IMG/VR virus record: IMGVR_UViG_3300042319_001922
Coordinates: 20,362 to 84,361 of that record
DNA length: 64,000 bases
Source of the DNA: a virus
Reading direction: 5' to 3' (one strand)
The notes beneath the pieces were generated by a model. That model made no database searches and was not told the origin of the DNA. It worked only from the letters and a program-made list of their open reading frames with translations. Each line of letters opens with the position of its first letter. Position 1 is the first letter of the stretch. The translations under genes were made by a program, and so were the position numbers. Positions 1 through 9,418 of the stretch are shown here, in pieces.

Positions 1-564
1 GTAGTTGATTCTGTTTGTGCTGTGACTGATCTTGTGTTGAGTAAAAAATTCCTCGTACAACTTGATGCGATCCTGATTCCAGTACTCGTCCATGATGTTG
101 ACATGAAAACTCTTGCGTGGTCGAACCATTAGGCGATTGACTGCTAGTACTTTTTTAAAAAATTCAGTTTCATTCATGTACTCTGAATGTGTGCTGAAGC
201 TTATGGCTTCTACCTGAGCTGCAAGTTTTCGATAATAGTTCAAACTAGCACTGCCATTTGTGGTCAGTATGATCATGGCAATTTCGGGAAATTCTCGGCG
301 CAACCACTGTATCAAGGGCAAGAAGTTTTTGTTGGCAGTTACCTCGCCACCAGTAAAACTTATTTTATAAGGCAGTTGTTTGTGCTTTGTTTTTTCATAT
401 ATATTGGTCCATACTTTTTGCATGGTCGCAAGATCATGGGGTTTACTAGTGGTATCATGTAAATCAGCTGGACAATACATGCATTCATAGTTGCATCTTG
501 AACCCAGCATCCATCCCAAAGAAAAGTGTTTTGGCTCAGGGTCAACTCTAATTATTTTGTGCAT
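1..564 (-). CDS. Radical SAM protein (runs off the left edge; not in ORF track)
   Basis: Manual translation from ATG at 564: MHKIIRVDPEPKHFSLGWMLGSRCNYECMYC...SFTGGEVT...LTTNGS. Has CxxxCxxC, GGE and TNG motifs; open to position 1. Confidence 0.85.
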   Translation of the reverse strand, partial: MHKIIRVDPEPKHFSLGWMLGSRCNYECMYCPADLHDTTSKPHDLATMQKVWTNIYEKTKHKQLPYKISFTGGEVTANKNFLPLIQWLRREFPEIAMIILTTNGSASLNYYRKLAAQVEAISFSTHSEYMNETEFFKKVLAVNRLMVRPRKSFHVNIMDEYWNQDRIKLYEEFFTQHKISHSTNRINY

Positions 565-575
565 GTTATAGTTTA

Positions 576-827
576 TCACCGAACAACATAGTGCTTTAAA
601 ATATATTGTTTGCAATTGTCCGGTCGATCGTCAAACCATAGTATGTTGTCAAACACACAAAATGTATTGCAAAAATCACGCCCGTATCTTGTGCCACGCA
701 GAGTGGCAAATATCTGTTGATGATGCCAAGTATCAAACTGCTGACTGCTAATCTTGGATGTGGGCTTGTCTGATTCCAACGGACGTTGTATCAATTGATC
801 TATTATGAATTGTGATGGCACCGGCAT
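576..827 (-). CDS. Hypothetical phage protein (about 83 aa)
   Basis: ATG at 827 is coupled (TGATG) to the stop of the upstream gene; the longer start in the ORF track overlaps that gene. Confidence 0.6.
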   Translation of the reverse strand: MPVPSQFIIDQLIQRPLESDKPTSKISSQQFDTWHHQQIFATLRGTRYGRDFCNTFCVFDNILWFDDRPDNCKQYILKHYVVR

Positions 828-1546
828 CAATCCCACAGCGCCTGATAGTACTTGCCAAACAAGCGGAATCCGTTTTGAATACGAGTCTCTACCACTCGCA
901 TGCCGTCGTAATCGCACTTGTAGGTGTTTTTTGGACCATCCTTCATTTGGTAGTACTTGTGGTCGCCCTTGGGTACTTCGTTGCCGTGCACATCCACAGG
1001 TACCCAAATCATGTCAATGTCACCTTCACGGAAAGCATCTTCCCAGGAATCATCAACTTTGCACTCGAACGCAAAGATCATTTCCGACATGACCCAGTCC
1101 CAACGCTTGAAGTGGTTGGCATCAGTATCCCACTCGTTTTCTTTGGCAGGTGCCTCTGTACTGCGCAGGCCAAGACCTTCAGGCACATCTTCGTCATCTA
1201 CCAAGGGGCTACCGTGCTTTTTTTCTTTCAGTTGTTTCAGCATGGGCAGGATAATGGGACTCAGGGTATGATCCATGCTCCAGGTATCCCAGTAGTCAAT
1301 TTTCACATAGTCGATCTTTGGATGCACCCGATCCAGCACCCACTGGATACCCCGGCTGATGGGCTCAAGTCGGTCACTCCACTTTTCCACCCATTCAGGA
1401 TGCTCAACATATTTCTTTTCATCATCAAAGCCGCGAAAGCTCTTGTCACGACTGCACTTGCTCCAGTCGGTCCAGAAGAACATGTAGTCCAACATGGTGT
1501 AGGGGCTGATCCAGTGATAGCGAGGTTTACCAATGTAGATTTTCAT
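827..1546 (-). CDS. Hypothetical phage protein, Trp/Asp-rich (239 aa)
   Basis: Long ORF with AAGGA RBS, in the operon direction. Confidence 0.7.
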   Translation of the reverse strand: MKIYIGKPRYHWISPYTMLDYMFFWTDWSKCSRDKSFRGFDDEKKYVEHPEWVEKWSDRLEPISRGIQWVLDRVHPKIDYVKIDYWDTWSMDHTLSPIILPMLKQLKEKKHGSPLVDDEDVPEGLGLRSTEAPAKENEWDTDANHFKRWDWVMSEMIFAFECKVDDSWEDAFREGDIDMIWVPVDVHGNEVPKGDHKYYQMKDGPKNTYKCDYDGMRVVETRIQNGFRLFGKYYQALWD

Positions 1547-1579
1547 ATTAATTCCTTGACTGATTAAACAATTTATCTC

Positions 1580-2038
1580 TTACTTGGGCAAGTATTGATC
1601 GTGTGCTACCCATTTATTTTTGACCAGGAAGCCCCACTCGCGTTTTTTTGCGCCTGGCATAAAAAGTGTCCAACATTCCACAGCAGGATCTAATTCAATG
1701 CGATGATAGCTAGTGGCACTGCTAATGCGAAAATGACCCGGCTTGCGCCAGTGTGCAATCTCTCCAAATTTCTCCCCTTTGTCATTGAACTGCGGAATCC
1801 ATTCCCAGTAGCCGCCTTTCAAAATAAGTGTAGCATAAGGCCAGGGATGATCATGCACGTCATCGGGATCACTCTTTAAAAACTTGTGAACAAAAATGTT
1901 GAACGGGAACCAGGCACGCTCTTTAAGAAACACATAGTAGCGTTCCAGATAAGGATCCTGTCCCTGGCGATCTAGAATGACTCGTTGTCGTCCTAGTTTT
2001 TTCATGATCTTTTTAAACATGTATTTATTATACGACAA
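1580..2038 (-). CDS. Cupin-fold protein
   Basis: HDHPW...ILKGGYWE...YHRIEL...WTLF cupin pattern. Confidence 0.7.
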   Translation of the reverse strand: MSYNKYMFKKIMKKLGRQRVILDRQGQDPYLERYYVFLKERAWFPFNIFVHKFLKSDPDDVHDHPWPYATLILKGGYWEWIPQFNDKGEKFGEIAHWRKPGHFRISSATSYHRIELDPAVECWTLFMPGAKKREWGFLVKNKWVAHDQYLPK

Positions 2039-2057
2039 ATCTATTTATTGGACAATG

Positions 2058-2082
2058 AAAAAGGTCACCTGGTGACCTTTTT
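2058..2082. terminator. Probable intrinsic terminator, potentially bidirectional
   Basis: AAAAAGGTCACC-T-GGTGACCTTTTT perfect inverted repeat with A/T tails, just downstream of a minus-strand gene. Confidence 0.75.
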
Positions 2083-2114
2083 ACCATATGCTCTAGTGAG
2101 CTATGCAGTTGATA

Positions 2115-2384
2115 TTAAACCAGGCCAAGTGCCATGGCTTTGTAGCCTGCGGCCACAATCTTGCGACTTGGCTTGCCCATAACATACTCTGTCACAGTCA
2201 CGCCATTGCCGGCCTTGCGGGTGTTTGCATACACTGCAAAACCGTGCTGGCGGATGCGACTGGCTTCTGCTGCCAAGTTGCCAACGCTAAAACGCTTCTT
2301 GGCTTCAGCTGGGGTCAATGCTTCGCCGTTTTTGAGTGCGGTAAAAACTTTGTATGTTTTGGTTTCTGTGTTAATCAATTTCAT
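2115..2384 (-). CDS. Small basic winged-HTH-like protein
   Basis: ALKNGEALTPAEAKKRFSVGNLAAEASRIRQHGFAV resembles phage HTH proteins. AAGGA RBS before ATG 2384. Confidence 0.55.
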   Translation of the reverse strand: MKLINTETKTYKVFTALKNGEALTPAEAKKRFSVGNLAAEASRIRQHGFAVYANTRKAGNGVTVTEYVMGKPSRKIVAAGYKAMALGLV

Positions 2385-2479
2385 CTCTGTTTCCTTTAAG
2401 TTAATTCGATGTGTTACTGACATCGTGCTACTAGTATATGATATTGCTGTGGTAAAAACAAGCTGTTTGGCAACATATT

Positions 2480-2701
2480 CTAGATTACTCTGCCCAGACC
2501 CAACCAAATAAGCTGATCAAGTTCCGCTTGGTAGTCTCGACCAAGCCTACGTTTTTCGTAGATGGTTTGTAAAATTTCTTTACCATCGCCAAACTCACCG
2601 GTGCCGGCACCACGATTTTCCAATTCCTCAATTAGGTCATCGGTATCGAAGTCTGACAAGTCAACGTCAACTTCAACTTCGGTATAAATGGTCTTGTACA
2701 T
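2480..2701 (-). CDS. Hypothetical acidic phage protein
   Basis: 73-aa ORF coupled to the upstream stop. Confidence 0.65.
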   Translation of the reverse strand: MYKTIYTEVEVDVDLSDFDTDDLIEELENRGAGTGEFGDGKEILQTIYEKRRLGRDYQAELDQLIWLGLGRVI

Positions 2702-3057
2702 TATTTGTATTCCTGTGTGATAGATTCAGTGTGCTTGCAGTTTCCCCTAAACTTGAAACCACTGCAAGTACATGTCATGCCGTTTTCTGTCTTTTCCACT
2801 GTGTATTTGTTACCTTTACTGCCCGTCACAGTCCATTGTGGGTTAACCGGTGCATCCCGATCCTCAAAATTCCACCGATTTGGCACTTCCAAAAACTTGC
2901 GTCCACGTGTGTCAATCCGTATGGGTTTTTTAAATTTAAACACAATGTCGGTGCCGTGCTTGACATAGGCAAACATCTTGCTTTTGCTGTTGTCCAAAAA
3001 GTACACATGATTGTGTGTGGGAGTGTCCCACACTGTGGTTTCTTGAAATGCTTTCAT
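2701..3057 (-). CDS. SWIM zinc-finger protein
   Basis: GSKGNKYTV...CTCSGFKFRGNCKH fits the CxC-xn-CxH SWIM motif. Confidence 0.8.
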   Translation of the reverse strand: MKAFQETTVWDTPTHNHVYFLDNSKSKMFAYVKHGTDIVFKFKKPIRIDTRGRKFLEVPNRWNFEDRDAPVNPQWTVTGSKGNKYTVEKTENGMTCTCSGFKFRGNCKHTESITQEYK

Positions 3058-3296
3058 TTGGAAATAAACAATCCTATAATATACAATCCCAACAACACGC
3101 CATTGACCACTATAAGATTTCGTTCACCAATACGTATTGACCATACCAAGTACAATGCGGCACCTAGATTCAAAAAATAAATGTTCATTGGATCAATGCG
3201 AAAACTAGTCAACAAAGCACCTATGCATACTGCAACACAACCTAGCCATTTTAAAATATCATCAATTTGACTTCGAGTCATGTCATAGCCTTTCAA
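3054..3296 (-). CDS. Small membrane protein (about 3 TM)
   Basis: Three hydrophobic segments. Confidence 0.65.
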   Translation of the reverse strand: MKGYDMTRSQIDDILKWLGCVAVCIGALLTSFRIDPMNIYFLNLGAALYLVWSIRIGERNLIVVNGVLLGLYIIGLFISK

Positions 3297-3311
3297 CAGT
3301 TAGTGCATACA

Positions 3312-3340
3312 TTATAGCAAACAAGTCTTTACTAGCCAAC
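3312..3340 (-). promoter_or_regulatory. Sigma70-like early promoter
   Basis: Minus strand TTGGCT-N17-TATAAT; shares the TTTGC-TATAAT context with the repeated promoters. Confidence 0.55.
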
Positions 3341-3343
3341 CAC

Positions 3344-3577
3344 TTATTTCTGCGACTTTTTTAAGCAGAAAAACGTGGCATCTGAATTGTTACGAAAATA
3401 CAATACCAGTTTTAATTTTGCATTTCGTCCTTTTCTGCGCCACTCTGCGGCAGGAATTATCATACGATAAAACCAACGTCGGCCTGTCTGTGTGCCCGGA
3501 GCACCAAATAATTGATTGGTTAGGTAAGTGAGATCGCCATTATAATAATAGCCGCAGTCAACTCGTGTGGATTTCAT
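3344..3577 (-). CDS. Hypothetical phage protein
   Basis: 77-aa ORF in the early cluster. Confidence 0.55.
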   Translation of the reverse strand: MKSTRVDCGYYYNGDLTYLTNQLFGAPGTQTGRRWFYRMIIPAAEWRRKGRNAKLKLVLYFRNNSDATFFCLKKSQK

Positions 3578-3586
3578 TGTTGGATA

Positions 3587-4084
3587 TCAACTTCCTGTGG
3601 ACAACACCAAAACAGTGGCATCGTCTTTGCTGGGCTTAAAATCTTCGATATACGTGTGATGGGTGTCACCGCTGTCACGGATGGCAGCATTAGCGGCCAC
3701 GTACAATGCGGCCCAGGTCAAGCCATTGATTGGCACTTGCACTTTACTTGTGTGCCCCCAGTGATCCGTGTACAGCACCGTGGTAGCACCTGTGTAGGAA
3801 TGACGCTCACCAAGATCATCAACTTGGTATATGCTCCACACCGCAGAAAGTCCTAGTTCTTCCCGAATGCGTTCATAGTGAGCTGACTTGGACTCAAATG
3901 CACTATCATCTTGCTCGTATGCATTGTCAAGACCTCGACGAATCTCACTGACTCCATGAAGCAGTCGCTTTAGAAGTTCTGGATCAAGCACACCTTCGAG
4001 GTGTTGAATCGCACCATTGAGTTCGCAGATGCCGTTGTGAATAGTTTTGAATTCGTCGGCTGTTAGAGTAGGATTGCAGTTCAT
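3587..4084 (-). CDS. Hypothetical phage protein
   Basis: Likely start ATG 4084, coupled (TAATG) to the upstream small ORF. Confidence 0.65.
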   Translation of the reverse strand: MNCNPTLTADEFKTIHNGICELNGAIQHLEGVLDPELLKRLLHGVSEIRRGLDNAYEQDDSAFESKSAHYERIREELGLSAVWSIYQVDDLGERHSYTGATTVLYTDHWGHTSKVQVPINGLTWAALYVAANAAIRDSGDTHHTYIEDFKPSKDDATVLVLSTGS

Positions 4085-4263
4085 TATAAACCTATTTCTT
4101 TCCACATGTTTTCACGGCGCTCAAGTTCTTGAACATAAAATTCTTGCATGGCTTCGTCCTGCGGGCTTTTTGACAGTGAGTCTCTCAGCACCAGCCAGGC
4201 CTGCTCAAGCTCTGAATATGTCATTGCTTTTAGTTCAACATCCAAGTCACTCATTCGACTCAT
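4084..4263 (-). CDS. Hypothetical 59-aa protein (not in ORF track)
   Basis: MSRMSDLDVELKAMTYSELEQAW...KEIGL*. Start overlaps the upstream stop, stop overlaps the downstream ATG, GGAGG RBS present. Confidence 0.65.
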   Translation of the reverse strand: MSRMSDLDVELKAMTYSELEQAWLVLRDSLSKSPQDEAMQEFYVQELERRENMWKEIGL

Positions 4264-4547
4264 GCTGCCTCCAGCATGTTGGCGGGAACCTTGAACAGAA
4301 GTTGACCAGTATCAACTGTCACAAACTTGATGGCAATTTTACGAACGGTGCCACGATAAGTCACACCGTTTCGGTTACTGGTAAACTTCACAGTGTCGCC
4401 CAACATGAGACTGCGTTTGGTCTTCTGTGTGAGCTGAGCTCGGGCAAAGCGAATTGCATCACCAATGCTGGTGAGTTGATCATTTGTAAACGATCCAGAA
4501 AGAATTGCACGATTGATGTCTTGAATAGTGGTCATTGTTGTCTCCAA
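4260..4547 (-). CDS. Hypothetical protein with SH3/KOW-like C-terminus
   Basis: LGDTVKFTS...YRGTVRKI...VTV beta-barrel-like pattern. Confidence 0.6.
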   Translation of the reverse strand: METTMTTIQDINRAILSGSFTNDQLTSIGDAIRFARAQLTQKTKRSLMLGDTVKFTSNRNGVTYRGTVRKIAIKFVTVDTGQLLFKVPANMLEAA

Positions 4548-4874
4548 TTAGTCTGCACGAGAATTCATGTAAGCGTCAATGCCATGTTCACGCAGAACTT
4601 TGGCATAGGCTTCAGCACCAGCTTCTTTGATGTCCATGCTTTGTGTAAAACTACCACCAGGATTCCAAAAGCTTAGACCGCCGCCGTATTCTTTGCGGAA
4701 CCCCACGGTCTTGAGTGCACGGCCCAGTTTGGTTGATGCTTTTTCACGCACTACAACCCAGGCAAATCCACAGTAGCCAGGCTCGCCGTGACGGGCACGG
4801 AACTCGTTCTCGGCTTGGATAGCGGCCTCTCGGGCAGTGTTATGAATAGATTCCAAGTTATCTAAAGCAATCAT
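4548..4874 (-). CDS. Hypothetical early phage protein
   Basis: CGFAWVVV motif; AAGGAG RBS directly after a repeated promoter. Confidence 0.7.
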   Translation of the reverse strand: MIALDNLESIHNTAREAAIQAENEFRARHGEPGYCGFAWVVVREKASTKLGRALKTVGFRKEYGGGLSFWNPGGSFTQSMDIKEAGAEAYAKVLREHGIDAYMNSRAD

Positions 4875-4880
4875 CTCTCG

Positions 4881-4936
4881 CTCCTTTTTGTTTACAATAC
4901 AAGTATTATAGCAAATGATCAGATTCTGGTCAACCA
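4881..4936 (-). promoter_or_regulatory. Repeated early promoter plus RBS cassette, copy 1
   Basis: TTGACC-N17-TATAAT...AAAAAGGAG; 56 bp identical to 5212-5267. Confidence 0.85.
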
Positions 4937-5205
4937 AATTCGTACATGAATTTGGACATATTTGGATCCAATTTGACTAGATCCTTAGCGGCCGCTGTCA
5001 GGGCACGATAGCGAGCTTGAACTTGGCTACGGGGCAACTCACCATCGCAAGAAAGATTTTCTGGGCTCAAGGCACAATCAATAGCCTCAGCCACTCGTTT
5101 CCGTCCTGCGGCAGTTTGAATTTCGTACAAGGGTTCGGTACGCTGACCTTTGAACAAACTAGCCCAGCGATTTTGTTGATCAACCCAGGTGTTAAGTGCT
5201 TGCAT
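4930..5205 (-). CDS. Hypothetical early phage protein
   Basis: 91 aa with LSPENLSCDGE motif; flanked by the identical 56-bp repeats. Confidence 0.7.
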   Translation of the reverse strand: MQALNTWVDQQNRWASLFKGQRTEPLYEIQTAAGRKRVAEAIDCALSPENLSCDGELPRSQVQARYRALTAAAKDLVKLDPNMSKFMYEFG

Positions 5206-5211
5206 TTCTGA

Positions 5212-5292
5212 CTCCTTTTTGTTTACAATACAAGTATTATAGCAAATGATCAGATTCTGGTCAACCAGAATCTGTGTTGTATTTTTACAACA
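5212..5292 (-). promoter_or_regulatory. Repeated early promoter cassette, copy 2, with upstream palindrome
   Basis: Same 56 bp as copy 1, plus TGTTGTA-N4-TACAACA at 5275-5292. Confidence 0.85.
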
Positions 5293-5297
5293 ATTAT

Positions 5298-5507
5298 CTA
5301 GGCTCGTACTAGGTCAAAAATTGAATTCTGCAGGCGGGCCACATCTTCGTTGTCAACATAGAAGTCGGTACGTGGATCCCAGTACTCGCCTGCCTTTGGA
5401 TCATAATACAACACCTGACCGTTGGGATAGTGAAAAGGTCCTTCAAGTCCTGCACGTGGACCGTATTCATTGCCGTGTTTGAAAACTCGATATCCCATGT
5501 TATTCAC
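5298..5507 (-). CDS. Hypothetical early phage protein
   Basis: GLEGPFHYPNGQVLYYDPKAGEYWDP; AAGGAG RBS. Confidence 0.7.
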   Translation of the reverse strand: MNNMGYRVFKHGNEYGPRAGLEGPFHYPNGQVLYYDPKAGEYWDPRTDFYVDNEDVARLQNSIFDLVRA

Positions 5508-5656
5508 TCCTTGACAAATTTCACGCCAGATGCCATGACCATCAACCCAAACGATGATATCAATGCTGAATAAAACAAATCAAGGTCAGACAGACTTTTT
5601 TCAATTCCGCCCACGCCCGACATCACTATAATCAATCCAAGAATAATTCGAATCAT
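5504..5656 (-). CDS. Small 2-TM membrane protein, 50 aa (not in ORF track)
   Basis: MIRIILGLIIVMSGVGGIEKS...VKE*; coupled to both neighbours. Confidence 0.6.
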   Translation of the reverse strand: MIRIILGLIIVMSGVGGIEKSLSDLDLFYSALISSFGLMVMASGVKFVKE

Positions 5657-6099
5657 GATGCCTCCGCTACTTTGATTGACTCCAGTGCTTGGCTCAACAA
5701 CACCAAGCGACCTTTGAACTCGCCGTACATGCTACCACAGTACCATTCACCATTTTCCATGATGTAGTAATACTCTCCGCCACAATTGTCTACCTGTTCC
5801 AGAAATTCAGCAAAAGTGTGTGCCACTTTAAAGTCGGTACCAGTCTCACCGCGGTCACGACCGTAAAACACTGTGGTGCCAGGCAAGGGCTTTTCAAAAC
5901 TGTGATCAACGCCATCGGGAACCAGGATGTTTTCGCGCAGAGTAGACAAATCACCCAGTGCCACCAGGTGATTGGCTTTGGCGCTGTTATAGTGCTCTTG
6001 CAGGATTGTCCCATTGTGCTCCAAGTAGCCGTCCCAGTGACAGTAGACTGACTTGCAAACTGTACCATGCATGACACCAATTCTTGAACGTGTACCCAT
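5653..6099 (-). CDS. Hypothetical early phage protein (MGTRS...YCHWDGY type)
   Basis: MGTRSRIG...SVYCHWDGY pattern that I recall as common in phage and mobile-element early genes. Confidence 0.75.
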   Translation of the reverse strand: MGTRSRIGVMHGTVCKSVYCHWDGYLEHNGTILQEHYNSAKANHLVALGDLSTLRENILVPDGVDHSFEKPLPGTTVFYGRDRGETGTDFKVAHTFAEFLEQVDNCGGEYYYIMENGEWYCGSMYGEFKGRLVLLSQALESIKVAEAS

Positions 6100-6130
6100 C
6101 TTGAGCTCCTGTTTTGTTACTGTATGTTTC

Positions 6131-6188
6131 TATTATAGCAAATGGAGCATTTCTGGTCAACCAAAATTTGTGTTGTATTTTTACAACA
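6131..6188 (-). promoter_or_regulatory. Repeated early promoter, copy 3, with upstream palindrome
   Basis: TTGACC-N17-TATAAT; 33 bp identical to 36603-36635; palindrome at 6171-6188. Confidence 0.85.
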
Positions 6189-6189
6189 T

Positions 6190-7302
6190 TTAGAAAATCA
6201 AGGGTAAATTTCTGCGAGAATTGAGATTTTTAGTGGGTGCAACCAGTGCAAGATATTCAGGATTAATTCGTCCAATAATCTGTTTGCATATACTAGCATC
6301 AATAATGTGTTTGATTAACTCATCAATGGGTAACTGAAGCATTATCTTGGTTAATTCTATATCCTTAAATGGAGTGTGAGTTAATGTATTACCCAAGTGC
6401 CAGTATTGATAATCGTTGATATTGGCATCTAGTATTTGTCGAACCAGGTGCATGTATGTGGGATATCTATCACGAATTTCATGCCTGTTTGAATATGCGT
6501 CTTGGAATATTTTTAAATTTTTAGGCTTGTTAAAATACCCCACATGGTATCCGGTTGACTTTGCTAGTATGTCAACAATGTCAATATCCTGCCAAGCACA
6601 CCAGGTGGCTAGGGTATTTGGTCCACGGAGCAGAAACTCGTCTCCACATGCTCCAGTCAATAACATTGTGGGACTACGCCAATGATGTATCTGTCCGTAA
6701 CCCCAGTGCCGGGCTCGAATGTCTTCCCAATTAGCATTGGTAAAGGCGTCATACTCAAAGTGTTCATAGTCAACCACATCATGAACAACCCTGTGTTGTC
6801 GTGACAGAGCCAGTATTAATGCAGTATCAATCCCGCCAGACACAAATAATTTTTTTGGCAGATTGGCATAATCTTGTGCAAGGGCCACAAACTTTGTGCG
6901 CAGGTTTTGTTCAATTGCATCCAGACCCTGTTCAAGAGTCAACGATCCAGATCGTAGTTGACCCAGGGCTGGGTGCTTTTTAAATTGTATTCCAGTTGGT
7001 TCAAGAGTAATTTGAGTAGCAGTCCATACCGGTTGCCCAGATCCCAAAAGGTTGGTCAATGTTTCTGTAACGTCATTGTACCACAACGGAAATGAACGTT
7101 CAGCTTCGTGCACAAGCTGTATAGTTTCACCACTGACTGCTAGTTCTAGAAAATTGCCGCCAGGCAAAGTGTTGTGTCTATAGCCCTTGAACCAACCGCT
7201 GGCAGTGAGAGACCACCCATTATCATGACTGAACCACCAAGAGGCCAGGCGGTCATGATTGGGCAATCTCTGATCCGGTTGTCGGCTCAGGGTAAAAAAC
7301 AT
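6190..7302 (-). CDS. Asparagine synthetase-like ATP-pyrophosphatase/amidoligase
   Basis: PP-loop VSGGIDT and LTGACGDE; no N-terminal Ntn Cys. Confidence 0.7.
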   Translation of the reverse strand: MFFTLSRQPDQRLPNHDRLASWWFSHDNGWSLTASGWFKGYRHNTLPGGNFLELAVSGETIQLVHEAERSFPLWYNDVTETLTNLLGSGQPVWTATQITLEPTGIQFKKHPALGQLRSGSLTLEQGLDAIEQNLRTKFVALAQDYANLPKKLFVSGGIDTALILALSRQHRVVHDVVDYEHFEYDAFTNANWEDIRARHWGYGQIHHWRSPTMLLTGACGDEFLLRGPNTLATWCAWQDIDIVDILAKSTGYHVGYFNKPKNLKIFQDAYSNRHEIRDRYPTYMHLVRQILDANINDYQYWHLGNTLTHTPFKDIELTKIMLQLPIDELIKHIIDASICKQIIGRINPEYLALVAPTKNLNSRRNLPLIF

Positions 7303-7922
7303 TAGCGTTTGGCCAAAATCTTGTCAGCAAGCCCGTATGCCACAGCTTCTTCTGCACTCAAGAACGTGTCAAACTTCATGGTGTTAAATAACTCGTCGTA
7401 TGTTTTGCCTGCTGTGTTGTGACGCACATACAATTCTGTCAGACGCTTGTTAATACGAACGCTTTCTTCAAAGATACGTTTGGAATCTTCAAACTGCAAA
7501 TCTTGTACATGCACTGATCCACGGGTGCCGGGCGTACCTGAACTAACACGGTGAATCATTGTGCGAGATTCAGGCAGCACAATACGTTTGCCGGGGGCGC
7601 CGGCTTGTGCTAGAAAACTGCCCATGCTGGCAGCTTGGCCCATTACAATGGTTTGCACGTCGGGTTTGATAAACTGCATGGTGTCGTAAATGGCCAGACC
7701 CGCTGTGACATTTCCGCCAGGGCTATTGATGTAAAAACTAATGTCTTTTTCTGGATCTTCGCTTTCCAAAAACAACAACTGCGCCACCAGTAGGCTGGCA
7801 GTGTGCTCGTTCACATCGGTATCTAGCATGATGATTCGATCTTTGAGCAAGCGACTGTAAATATCGTAACTGCGTTCACCTTTTGCAGTTTGTTCAACAA
7901 CCATGGGGATTAAACTTGGCAT
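7302..7922 (-). CDS. clpP: Clp protease proteolytic subunit (host-like)
   Basis: [41 protein letters not shown] (Ser), MIH (His), [10 protein letters not shown] (Asp). Confidence 0.97.
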   Translation of the reverse strand: MPSLIPMVVEQTAKGERSYDIYSRLLKDRIIMLDTDVNEHTASLLVAQLLFLESEDPEKDISFYINSPGGNVTAGLAIYDTMQFIKPDVQTIVMGQAASMGSFLAQAGAPGKRIVLPESRTMIHRVSSGTPGTRGSVHVQDLQFEDSKRIFEESVRINKRLTELYVRHNTAGKTYDELFNTMKFDTFLSAEEAVAYGLADKILAKR

Positions 7923-8038
7923 TGTGTTCCTTGTAAATAATGCGGTCTCTAGTAGACTGTGAAGTAATTATACATGATTTTTGCAGTCAGCGCAATAGTT
8001 TCACTGCTCATATAGCTCAAAACAATAAATACTCTACT

Positions 8039-9418
8039 ATGCAAATAACAGATCTAACCGAAGCATCACTTGCTGCCTCCGAAATCCCCCCAAACAAGGC
8101 CAGTGCAGTTGCCAACCCAAAAACTGGCAAACCATTCACTCGCACAGAATTGTTTCTATACAAAGTAATGAGTGGATCACCATTTACCAAGGTAAGCGGC
8201 GGTGAAGTAACCATTGATCCCAAAGAAGCAAAGAATGTCAAGACTTGGCTGCAAACCGGGCCTAGGGGCGTGATAAAACTCAACACTATTGATCCAGCAA
8301 CCAAGCAGGTGAATGGTCAGATTAAAAATAACGAATTACAAAAAACTGTGGAGTTTGGCAGCAAAGAGAGCGAAGGCATCCCTGTTAAACCTGCAGATGT
8401 ATTTCCCAGTCAGGACGTGGATCCAGAAAAATTAGAAACTGGTGTTGCTAGCATACTAGATTACGGTGGCTTTCCTGCCAGCGAGTTGTACAATAAAATT
8501 GTCAATTCTCACTTGAAAGATCTAGGACAAGTTGGCGATGCTGTGATTGCCATGGCCAAGCAAATTTCTCAAAAGCAGGTACCAACAGTGCCACAAAATC
8601 TCAGTGCACAAGAACAAAAGGCCATTGAGCTCTATGCCAGCGAATTTCTTGGTGTGATGAGTGTGTTAAATGGCGTGGCAGATTTTCCCAAGCGTGATGC
8701 ATTCTTGGACTGGGTGGGTCAAGACCTGGGCAGTTTACTATTGTATTTTCCCAAGAACACCAGTAACCCCATTGCGGATAGTTATGGCTTGTTGAATAGA
8801 CAAACCGGTAATGCTCTTGCCATGAGCAGCAAGGCTGCCGGCAAAGGAGCGCCGCCTGCACTGACTTCCTTAAAGGTGCCACCATTCTTGGCAAAGAAAT
8901 ATCCTGAAGCCTACAGTTTCATCAAAGAAGCACAAGACCCATCACTTAGTGGTGTGTCACAACCGTTTGCATTGATGAACTGGTTGTATCAATACAGCCC
9001 CGAATTGGTACCTGAAGTATGGCGTCCATATTTGCCTTGGCAACCCGACGAAGTGCAAGACATTGTGACCAGTTTTAAAAAACAGGGAGGAAGTTTACCT
9101 CCAAAATTGATGAAGGCAGCCAGTGCTAGATTGAGTCCGCAAGTGGCAAATGGCAATGCCACAGATGGTGGCAAAGTATACTATGCAGTGATTAATGATG
9201 TTATGAAATTGGTCAATGCTGGGGCAGTGCCCAATTTCCGCGAAGCTGTCTTGACCAGCTTGGGATTCAACTTTGTTCAAATTTACAGCAATATCAAGAA
9301 TGGTAAATTGATCACAAAGGCCTTCTGGCCAGCCAAGGTTGATGGAAAGGTTTCACTCAAGACCAAGAGTTCGGCCCAGGAAGACAAGGGCAAAATTAGT
9401 TATCAGGTCAGCGACTGA
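8039..9418 (+). CDS. Hypothetical protein (about 460 aa), probably late/virion-associated
   Basis: Long plus-strand ORF; likely start MQITDLTEA just after an AATAAATA motif. Confidence 0.7.
   Translation: MQITDLTEASLAASEIPPNKASAVANPKTGKPFTRTELFLYKVMSGSPFTKVSGGEVTIDPKEAKNVKTWLQTGPRGVIKLNTIDPATKQVNGQIKNNELQKTVEFGSKESEGIPVKPADVFPSQDVDPEKLETGVASILDYGGFPASELYNKIVNSHLKDLGQVGDAVIAMAKQISQKQVPTVPQNLSAQEQKAIELYASEFLGVMSVLNGVADFPKRDAFLDWVGQDLGSLLLYFPKNTSNPIADSYGLLNRQTGNALAMSSKAAGKGAPPALTSLKVPPFLAKKYPEAYSFIKEAQDPSLSGVSQPFALMNWLYQYSPELVPEVWRPYLPWQPDEVQDIVTSFKKQGGSLPPKLMKAASARLSPQVANGNATDGGKVYYAVINDVMKLVNAGAVPNFREAVLTSLGFNFVQIYSNIKNGKLITKAFWPAKVDGKVSLKTKSSAQEDKGKISYQVSD

Noticed and set aside
812-1567. 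Long plus-strand ORFs such as 812-1567, 4047-4676 and 35087-35587
   Set aside because: They are antisense shadows of well-supported minus-strand genes and have no recognisable motifs.
4881-6188. CRISPR array or attachment sites
   Set aside because: The repeats are separated by whole genes of unequal length and contain -35/-10/RBS elements; no cas or integrase genes are present.
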